Positions 37,392 to 44,281 of a DNA stretch of 64,000 bases are shown piece after piece. Both the position numbers and the translations under genes were made by a program. The notes under the pieces are model-generated. The model had not been told where the DNA came from and did not search any database. It saw nothing but the letters and a program-made list of their open reading frames with translations. Origin of the DNA: a bacterium (GTDB lineage: Bacteria > Krumholzibacteriota > Krumholzibacteriia > Krumholzibacteriales > Krumholzibacteriaceae); the NCBI GenBank assembly GCA_020350885.1, contig CP070727.1, positions 3,732,738 to 3,796,737 of the forward strand, read 5' to 3'. Every line of letters begins with the position of its first letter. Positions within the stretch are counted from its first letter, which is position 1.

Positions 37392-37706
37392 TTACAGATC
37401 TTCCACAAATATCACCAGGGCGGTGCCCGCTGTCACCTTCCCCATATGCCGGTGCTCTTTGCCCGCCGGTATGAAGAGACCGTCTCCCTTTCTGTACTGG
37501 TGGGTCACTGTTTCGAAAACGATCTCGAGCTCCCCCTCGAGGACATACCCGAAATGCCCCCTCTCGCACCAGTGCGGCTCCATTTCGTTCGAGTACTCGA
37601 CGAGCCGAAGCCGTTTCCCCTCGTGCACGAAGGCCTTCTGACGCATCCCCGTTATCGGGCTTTCCCAGCCGATCGATCCGAAGTCAATCCTATAATCCAT
37701 ATGCAC
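37392..37706 (-). CDS. Cupin-domain protein
   Basis: 104 aa; conserved-barrel pattern HxH...E ... H (HWCERGHFGYVLEGELEIVF...GKEHRHMG). Confidence 0.5.
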   Translation of the reverse strand: MHMDYRIDFGSIGWESPITGMRQKAFVHEGKRLRLVEYSNEMEPHWCERGHFGYVLEGELEIVFETVTHQYRKGDGLFIPAGKEHRHMGKVTAGTALVIFVEDL

Positions 37707-37802
37707 CCTTCCATGGCGGTCCGTATCTCAAGGTTTTCTGAACCGGCCGTCAACGATGCGAACGTTCCCCATCGCGGTACCGATGATCGGCCGACACACG
37801 TT

Positions 37803-38882
37803 CTACAACACGCCCCCGATGACGATCCCGTAGGCATCTTCGGAGTCGAATATAAACCAATGGGCCTGTGGATCGATCCGTGCATAATCGAGCTGCACCA
37901 TGATCCGCCCGAAGTCCCATCCAAGACCGATTCCGAAGGTATTGAAGCGTTCTCCCGGGAAGACCTCCTCGCACGCTCCAAAGCGTAGCTGCAGCATCTC
38001 GAGGATCGAAGCCTCCATGCCGAAGGCCCAGCCATCCTCATTGTTCGAGCCGGTGCCGCTCACGAGATCGAAATCGACCGAGACACCGAGGATCGCCACA
38101 CGGCGCCGCAGGGCATCGGTCAGCATCTCGTTCGACGGCGTGCCGAGATCGAGGCCGAAACCGACACGCTCCGCCCCCGGTTGCTCGGCGATGGAGCTGG
38201 CACCAAACTCGATACTTTCACCGAGATTCGAGACACTCGCACCCACGCGGGGACGCACGGTATAATCGCTCGACCGGAAGATATCGGCGGAGATAATAAC
38301 ACCGAGATCGAAGGCCCACAGCGAATAGTCCAAAACTGTGTTCGCATCGAGATACTTGGTCGTCACACCTACACCCATCTCCCATATCCCAGCCCTGAAT
38401 CCACCTGCACATGCACCGGAGACATAATAATCGGTATCATCTATCCCCTCCGCCTGACCCTCCGGAAGGTATATGGTTCTCATCCAGTCCACTTCCGCGG
38501 ACATCGTCGAATAGCCGATCGATCCCCCGACCATCCACCCTCCCTGATCTTCCCCCGACAGCCATCGGCGGCCTCCGGAAATGCGAGTATCGGTAAACGT
38601 CAGGTGAGAGCTCCAGTCGTTGATGCCGGTGCCGAGTGTTAACATCTGGCACCATGCGAAGCTCGCCGGATTGTAGTATCCCGTTGTAAATCCCATGATA
38701 TCCGAAGCCCCTGCGCCACCCATCCCAATGTTGCGTACACCCCGAGGGAAGAATGCGGCCGTCAGCACTCTCGTTTCTACCCGCTCAAACGGTGTCTGAG
38801 CTTGTACGGCGTGAGAGAAAAAAGCCAGAACCGCAGCACCGATAATGATACCTCTTCCTACATCTCGCCTATGGGATACCAT
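37803..38882 (-). CDS. Outer-membrane beta-barrel protein, PorV/PorQ-like (T9SS-associated) family candidate
   Basis: 359 aa; signal peptide; N-terminal GVRNIGMGGAGASD...YYNPASFA motif resembling PorV/PorQ-type N-terminal signature; aromatic C-terminus. Confidence 0.4.
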   Translation of the reverse strand: MVSHRRDVGRGIIIGAAVLAFFSHAVQAQTPFERVETRVLTAAFFPRGVRNIGMGGAGASDIMGFTTGYYNPASFAWCQMLTLGTGINDWSSHLTFTDTRISGGRRWLSGEDQGGWMVGGSIGYSTMSAEVDWMRTIYLPEGQAEGIDDTDYYVSGACAGGFRAGIWEMGVGVTTKYLDANTVLDYSLWAFDLGVIISADIFRSSDYTVRPRVGASVSNLGESIEFGASSIAEQPGAERVGFGLDLGTPSNEMLTDALRRRVAILGVSVDFDLVSGTGSNNEDGWAFGMEASILEMLQLRFGACEEVFPGERFNTFGIGLGWDFGRIMVQLDYARIDPQAHWFIFDSEDAYGIVIGGVL

Positions 38883-39022
38883 ATTGTTTTTCCTCCCCGG
38901 TTAGATCAACCAAACAAAGCCCCGACATCTCCCCTATATAGTATAATAATATATATTATACACAATTTTGCATAAGATGCAGTATAAATATCAGTTAAGC
39001 TGCATTTGAATAAAAATTTTCC

Positions 39023-39051
39023 TTGACCTCAAAAACGGTTACTTCTATAAT
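39023..39051 (+). promoter_or_regulatory. Near-consensus sigma70-type promoter TTGACC-N17-TATAAT upstream of precursor-peptide ORF
   Basis: TTGACC 39023-39028, 17-nt spacer, TATAAT 39046-39051; AT-rich UP-like region upstream (38930-39020). Confidence 0.5.
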
Positions 39052-39138
39052 GCGATCCGCAACTTAGGGACGATACAATCAAGTAAATCTGGTGTGCCCT
39101 TTGATACCTAATCATGTCATGGGGGGAGGTGAATAGGT

Positions 39139-39270
39139 ATGGTATTCGAATATGAAGACACCATGGCAGGCGATCTCGGAGGAGCAATTACCGCAACATT
39201 GTGCAGGATAGGTTTCACACCTGTTTGCGGAGGTTCATCACCTGAGACCATCTCCGGTTGCGTTACCTAA
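39139..39270 (+). CDS. Candidate RiPP precursor peptide (lanthipeptide-like), 43 aa: MVFEYEDTMAGDLGGAITATLCRIGFTPVCGGSSPETISGCVT
   Basis: Not in ORF track (<60 aa). GGGAGGTG RBS 7 nt upstream of ATG; in-frame TGA immediately upstream; acidic leader with GG motif followed by a 28-aa core with 3 Cys and 7 Ser/Thr; first ORF of an operon encoding kinase and LanC-like proteins. Confidence 0.55.
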   Translation: MVFEYEDTMAGDLGGAITATLCRIGFTPVCGGSSPETISGCVT

Positions 39271-39304
39271 TGGGTCGACCGTAAAGAATCATTAGATACA
39301 CAAA

Positions 39305-39323
39305 GAGCACAGTGCTCGTTTTG
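39305..39323 (+). terminator. Weak hairpin + U-tract (GAGCA-CAG-UGCUC-GUUUUGU), possible partial terminator/attenuator after precursor gene
   Basis: 5-bp stem, 3-nt loop followed by T-rich run, 35 nt downstream of the precursor stop codon. Confidence 0.25.
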
Positions 39324-39420
39324 TAACTACTCGTACCAACTCCTGATTTTGAGTGTAGCCAGGGGGCACGTCAGATACGGGGATGGTGGTAGAGGTCTGC
39401 CGTTCTTACCGGGATTCTCC

Positions 39421-39448
39421 TTGCTACTCAAAGTTCCTTCCATATAAT
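39421..39448 (+). promoter_or_regulatory. Possible internal promoter TTGCTA-N16-TATAAT upstream of modification-enzyme genes
   Basis: TTGCTA 39421-39426, TATAAT 39443-39448; about 40 nt upstream of the ATG at 39487 with GAGGA RBS. Confidence 0.3.
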
Positions 39449-39486
39449 TCTCTGAAACCGGATTGAAATATCACTCGAGGACAAGA

Positions 39487-40689
39487 ATGCTCGACAAGAC
39501 ATTTCGCTTGAATCCCGTCTTCTCGATAACACCGATCGAAGAGCTGACGGAGGAGCAGCGGAGGAACTTCCGGCGTATCCTTTCGGGTAAGGGTATTTAC
39601 AGTCTGCTCCATGCCCCCAGAGAAGCGAATTTCACGGTGAAGGCCTTGAACCGTCCCCTCTCCGACTTCCTCGAAGATCTACGGGAGCCAACCGTACTGA
39701 CGGACCTTCTGGAGAAATTTGGAGAAGAATCCGATAAGGATGTGCAGCAGCTCATCACACGTTTTCTCCTGGATGGTGTCCTGGAGGTTCGTACACGCGG
39801 AGGTTTTGTAAGCGGCATAGAGGCCCTCAATTCGCTGCTGTCCCTCTCGGAACCGGTACCCGTCCCGGCGGATGCCGACGATTCGAACTACATCCGCAGG
39901 ATCTCCAGCGCGGCGCTCGATATCGCCATGAAGAGCACCTACAAACATACCCGTGATATCGCCTGGATCCTGTATAATTTCAACCGCATGCCGATGAACC
40001 GGGCCCGCCGCCGGCAACTGCCGGATGAGGAAGCAGTGCTCGACTTTCTCGGCCTGGACGGGGATGGCTGCTGGACCGGGATGCCCGATACGATACGGCC
40101 GGTACCTCCGGAGACTGATGAAGACGGTAATTTTACGCCGTTCTTCCAGGTCTGGAGATCATGGACGATCAGCCCAAAGCGAGGGAAAAAAAACGAACTG
40201 GGGTATAAGGTGTATGTAAGTGCCCTACCCGATGAAACACCCGAGGTATTCAAGATAGTGAGGGAACATATCGCCGATGCCGGGGCCAGCTCGATGAAGA
40301 TCGGAAGGGTGGGTTCCGCCATGCTACGCTGCGACAAACTCCTGGTGTATTTCAAGAGCATCGAGACGGCCATGGAGTTTGGTAGGGAAATCGCCAAATT
40401 GACCACCGCGTTTCATGGACAGGGCGTCCCGTTCACGTATCCCCTGGAACCGGAGAACCGCCTGATCAGTATCGGTGTCGATCCGCCCGGAAAGTTCAGC
40501 ATCGTGAATAGTTGGCGCCGCTATGTGACCGATAAACTCGCCGTTGCCATTCAGGGTGCCCACAGGGAGAGAGCGCAGGATCCGCTGGGCTACATTCGCA
40601 CAAATATGAGATTATTTGGCGTTGATATCGATGAATGGCGCCCCGCAAGCAGAGACTGGACCATGGAATTCGACCTCGATACCGAATAA
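39487..40689 (+). CDS. Unknown 401-aa protein, candidate stand-alone phospho-Ser/Thr lyase (OspF/SpvC/HopA1-like) of a split lanthionine synthetase
   Basis: Start MLDKTF with GAGGA RBS (ORF track starts 39463); C-terminal half contains GYKVYVSALPDE resembling the SpvC/OspF catalytic GDKFHISV Lys motif; gene order (this - kinase - LanC) mirrors domain order lyase-kinase-cyclase of class III/IV lanthipeptide synthetases. Functional call is inference. Confidence 0.4.
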   Translation: MLDKTFRLNPVFSITPIEELTEEQRRNFRRILSGKGIYSLLHAPREANFTVKALNRPLSDFLEDLREPTVLTDLLEKFGEESDKDVQQLITRFLLDGVLEVRTRGGFVSGIEALNSLLSLSEPVPVPADADDSNYIRRISSAALDIAMKSTYKHTRDIAWILYNFNRMPMNRARRRQLPDEEAVLDFLGLDGDGCWTGMPDTIRPVPPETDEDGNFTPFFQVWRSWTISPKRGKKNELGYKVYVSALPDETPEVFKIVREHIADAGASSMKIGRVGSAMLRCDKLLVYFKSIETAMEFGREIAKLTTAFHGQGVPFTYPLEPENRLISIGVDPPGKFSIVNSWRRYVTDKLAVAIQGAHRERAQDPLGYIRTNMRLFGVDIDEWRPASRDWTMEFDLDTE

Positions 40690-40693
40690 GCTG

Positions 40694-41938
40694 ATGTCAG
40701 AAAAGAAAAAGAAGCATAACCGGCGCATCTGGCGCTTATCCTCCGATGTCGTAATACGCCCGGTGACGGAGATGCCGGAGGAGGCAATCGAACAGATAAC
40801 ACAGAACAAAAGGAATCCGGAGAACTACTTCGGAATCGAACGGAAGAAATCACGAGCACAAGCCAAGATCGTCAACAAGGACGTCATAGATGTACTGAGG
40901 GCTTTCGGGGATGAGGGCAAGACCTACGATGAGGTGCTCGAATACTTTCTCGAACTCAAGGGACTCGAGCGGGATGAGCTGCACCCGGCAATGTCTAAGA
41001 TGGTAAATACCTTCATTGGCAGCAATTTTCTGGTCGAGGGAAGGAGATACGACAAGGACACTTCCGAATCCGTCGAGCCCAGCTTCCAGGATGGTGACAG
41101 GTGGCTCTCATACAGGATACTCAAGAATGTCCACGTTATTATCGACACCGAGATCTACCAGGTGGAACATATTCCCTCCGGCGTAACGAGGGCCTTGAAG
41201 ATCACTCAACCCACGTTTCCGCGAGAGAAGATGAAGAAGAAGATATTCAAGCGGCTCGAGCACGAATTCAAAACCATTCAAAAGATCAAACATCCTAATA
41301 TCATCAAGGTCCACGATTACGGAATGCACGAAGGGCGTATGTACGGGATCCTCGACTGGGTGGATGGAAGATCGGTATACTCGCACGCCTACGATTCGGG
41401 CACTCCCCCGCATGATGGCCTGCTGCTCGAACTGTCGATCGAGTGTCTCGAGGCGCTCGGTGCCGTTCACAGGGCACGGTACCTCCATGGCGACGTTCAC
41501 ACGAGAAACTTCCTCATAAAGAACGGTCATGTCTGCCTTATCGATTTCGGTCTCTCACGCCCCATAAAGGTCAGAAAGGCGGAGGAGCGCAGGTACGTCG
41601 AGGGCGGGGTTATACGATTCATGCCGCCGGAGTATGTGCAGTACAAGCTCGAGGAAAAGAAGGGGTTATGGGGGAGTATCGCCGGTGAGATATACTCGGT
41701 GGGAGTAATGATCTTCTCGCTTTTCACCAGCACATACCCGTACAAGTGGTCGTTCTATCGCAAGGATTTTATGGAACATATTCTAAACGACCCGCCTCCG
41801 AGTTTCGAGGAGTGCGAACGCGACCCCTGGCCGGAACTCGAAGCCGTACTGCACAAGGCCCTGGAAAAGGATCCGAAAGACCGGTTTGCCAGCGTGGACG
41901 AATTCAGCCGGGCATTACAAAAACTCTCCGTCCCCTAA
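40694..41938 (+). CDS. Ser/Thr protein kinase (Hanks-type) with ~190-aa N-terminal extension; candidate lanthipeptide kinase component
   Basis: ATG 5 nt after upstream stop (translational coupling); kinase subdomains: RALKI (VAIK), HPNIIKV, HGDVHTRNFLI (HRDxxxxN), DFGLS, PPEY (APE), DPKDRF. Confidence 0.75.
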   Translation: MSEKKKKHNRRIWRLSSDVVIRPVTEMPEEAIEQITQNKRNPENYFGIERKKSRAQAKIVNKDVIDVLRAFGDEGKTYDEVLEYFLELKGLERDELHPAMSKMVNTFIGSNFLVEGRRYDKDTSESVEPSFQDGDRWLSYRILKNVHVIIDTEIYQVEHIPSGVTRALKITQPTFPREKMKKKIFKRLEHEFKTIQKIKHPNIIKVHDYGMHEGRMYGILDWVDGRSVYSHAYDSGTPPHDGLLLELSIECLEALGAVHRARYLHGDVHTRNFLIKNGHVCLIDFGLSRPIKVRKAEERRYVEGGVIRFMPPEYVQYKLEEKKGLWGSIAGEIYSVGVMIFSLFTSTYPYKWSFYRKDFMEHILNDPPPSFEECERDPWPELEAVLHKALEKDPKDRFASVDEFSRALQKLSVP

Positions 41939-42001
41939 CAGGCGAGAAGGGCCGGTATACCTCATACACACTGCGGATCCGGTACAGAAAGTGAACACGG
42001 T

Positions 42002-43132
42002 ATGAACGCAACAGCCTGGCAGGAGAAAGCCCTGAAGGGTCTCAAGAAGCTGTCCGATTGCCGATTCGAGAGCTTCAATATGATACACGGCCCGCCGTAC
42101 CGCTCGCTGAACAACGGAGCTACAGGCATCGCATATACATTCTGGAAGGCCGCCAATGTCCTGGATGATCCCGAATGGCTTCATCACGCACGCCTCTGGA
42201 TAGACCATACCGTGGCCCTGCCCGAGGATGACCGCATCGTCGGCCTTCCGGAGGATGAAGGGGATTCGGCCGAAATAGAGATCGAGGACTCGCTCTATCA
42301 TGGTAACAGAGGTCTTCAGTTTGTGAAGATGCTTGTGGCGTATGCACAGGCGGACGATTACAACGCCAACAAGTTTTTACGGCAATTCGAAAAGCCGACA
42401 GCCAGGAGATCGGAGGCTCAGGAGCTTCTCCAGGGCGTCCCGGGCCGGTTGGTGGGCTTTGCGATTCTCTACGAAGAGACGGGGTACGATTATATAAAGG
42501 AAAAGGGCGACGAGGTCACCGAGGAGCTGCTGGGGACGGCGGATCTATCCATGAAGGATACCCTCTGGGGCAACAACCGGTATCTGGGCATCGCCCACGG
42601 GCGCGCCGGCATACTCTATTCTCTTCTTTTCTGGTCGAGGGCTTCCGGATACGTTCTACCGGACCGTATACATGAAGAGGTTACAAAGCATGCTGCATTC
42701 GGGATAGAGCAGGAACACGGGCTCAGATGGCCCATACAGGAGCACAAGGAGGATAGGTTCATGGATAGCTGGTGTCACGGCACCCCCGGACAGCTCCATC
42801 TGTGCTCCCTCGCCTACGAGCTCTACAAGGAGCCGCTTTTCCTGAAAACTGCACGCGGCGCCGGGGAATCTATCATTCACATCAAGGGATATCCACTTGG
42901 GCACCTGTGCTGCGGGTCAGCCGGTGCAAGCTACGCACTCCTCTCCCTTAATCGGATAGATCCCGGCGGGCCATGGCTGGACCATGCCATCAGGTTCGCC
43001 GAGATGAGCGAGAAAGCCCAGTTGATAACGCGGTTCAGGCTCGGTCTGTATACCGGATTGGCCGGCGTTGTATGCCTGATGCTCGATATGACAAATGTGG
43101 CCGAAGCGCGGCAACCGGGATTTCAGGGCTGA
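42002..43132 (+). CDS. LanC-like lanthionine cyclase domain protein
   Basis: 376 aa; LanC signature blocks: NGATGIAY, LYHGNRG, IAHGRAGILY (GxAHG), SWCHGTPG (WCxG), HLCCGSAG (position of CHG block, here C-C-G). Confidence 0.7.
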   Translation: MNATAWQEKALKGLKKLSDCRFESFNMIHGPPYRSLNNGATGIAYTFWKAANVLDDPEWLHHARLWIDHTVALPEDDRIVGLPEDEGDSAEIEIEDSLYHGNRGLQFVKMLVAYAQADDYNANKFLRQFEKPTARRSEAQELLQGVPGRLVGFAILYEETGYDYIKEKGDEVTEELLGTADLSMKDTLWGNNRYLGIAHGRAGILYSLLFWSRASGYVLPDRIHEEVTKHAAFGIEQEHGLRWPIQEHKEDRFMDSWCHGTPGQLHLCSLAYELYKEPLFLKTARGAGESIIHIKGYPLGHLCCGSAGASYALLSLNRIDPGGPWLDHAIRFAEMSEKAQLITRFRLGLYTGLAGVVCLMLDMTNVAEARQPGFQG

Positions 43133-43171
43133 GTGAAGGACCGCGATGGGGATTCGATGCAAAGTCCCGCA

Positions 43172-44236
43172 CTACCTGGATAGACCATCCATTATCAATC
43201 GATAGAGCCGGACTTCCGGCTTTACTACTATCTCGGTCCTACCCGTCAAACCGTATTTGAGGAAGGTCCGGTCGCCGTTCTCCTCTTCCACCCAGGGTTC
43301 CTCTATCGCTATTTCGACCTCGAATGTGGATTGACCACGTGAGACCATCGGGACCGATGCAATCCTGCCCACCCTTCCCTCGAAGACCTTGTACTCCCTA
43401 TGGGGATAACTATTCAAGAATATCTTCGCGTCCTGGCCCCGCTGTACATCCGTGATATCGGTTTCACCGATATCGGCAGAAAAGATCACCGTATCAAAGA
43501 ATCCGATCTCCATAACCGGCTTCCCCTTGCCGACCATGGTACCTACCAGGTTCTCCGGTGCAGCGGTCAGTACGGTCCCTTCCCCTGGTGCCAGTACAAC
43601 GGTCTCATCCAGCTTCTTCTTCGAAAGTGCGAAGGAGCTTTCCGCCAGCTCGAGGTTTCTGCGCTTTTCCTCTATCTGCCGTTCGAGCTGCTTCTTGAGA
43701 ATCTGGTTTCTGGACTTGAGAATCTCGTAGTATGACTTGCTCGACTCGTAGCCGAGTTTCGCCCTCTCGTACTCCTCGGCGTTGACCAATTCCTTATCGA
43801 AGAGCTTTGTTACCCGCTCGAGGTTCTCCTCGTTGAACTTCATTCGTTGCTCTGCTTCGTTGAGATCGGCCAGTATCATGCCGAGCTCGTATGACTTGCT
43901 CGTCGTCAGATTCCTGTATTCATCTTCCGCTCTCCTGAGCTCGGAACGGGCATTTGCCAGTATATTCCCCGCGCGCTTAACCTCCAGCTCGATCTCTTCA
44001 GAATAAATGGTGAAAAGGGTGTCGTTTCTCGCAACCTTTTCTCCCTCAATGACAAAGACTTCTTCGACTATGCCGTTGATTCTCGGCGCGACACCGACCT
44101 GCCGTCCCGGCGAGACCATGCCAAAACCTTCGACGGTCTCATCCATCTTGCCGAAGTAGAGAACGGCGGCGGCACAAATGAGGATCGAGATCGCAATATA
44201 GAAGGCAAATGCGAATACTTTCGTTACCCGTTTCAT
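43172..44236 (-). CDS. HlyD-family membrane fusion protein (secretion/efflux adaptor)
   Basis: 354 aa; N-terminal TM anchor, long coiled-coil (heptad EE/KR-rich 100-200), beta-barrel/lipoyl-like C-terminal region; downstream of ABC exporter gene. Confidence 0.75.
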   Translation of the reverse strand: MKRVTKVFAFAFYIAISILICAAAVLYFGKMDETVEGFGMVSPGRQVGVAPRINGIVEEVFVIEGEKVARNDTLFTIYSEEIELEVKRAGNILANARSELRRAEDEYRNLTTSKSYELGMILADLNEAEQRMKFNEENLERVTKLFDKELVNAEEYERAKLGYESSKSYYEILKSRNQILKKQLERQIEEKRRNLELAESSFALSKKKLDETVVLAPGEGTVLTAAPENLVGTMVGKGKPVMEIGFFDTVIFSADIGETDITDVQRGQDAKIFLNSYPHREYKVFEGRVGRIASVPMVSRGQSTFEVEIAIEEPWVEEENGDRTFLKYGLTGRTEIVVKPEVRLYRLIMDGLSR

Positions 44237-44281
44237 GTCTATCAGTGTACCCTGTATCCGTGGGTAATCCGGACGATATCG

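Noticed and set aside
39383-39466. 27-codon Cys-containing ORF (MVVEVCRSYRDSPCYSKFLPYNSLKPD) between the precursor and the first enzyme gene, considered as a second precursor
   Set aside because: It has only two Cys and few Ser/Thr and a weak RBS. It overlaps the candidate internal promoter and the alternative start of the downstream gene.
39424-39612. 62-aa minus-strand ORF
   Set aside because: It lies antisense to the start of the lyase-like gene and has no RBS or motifs.
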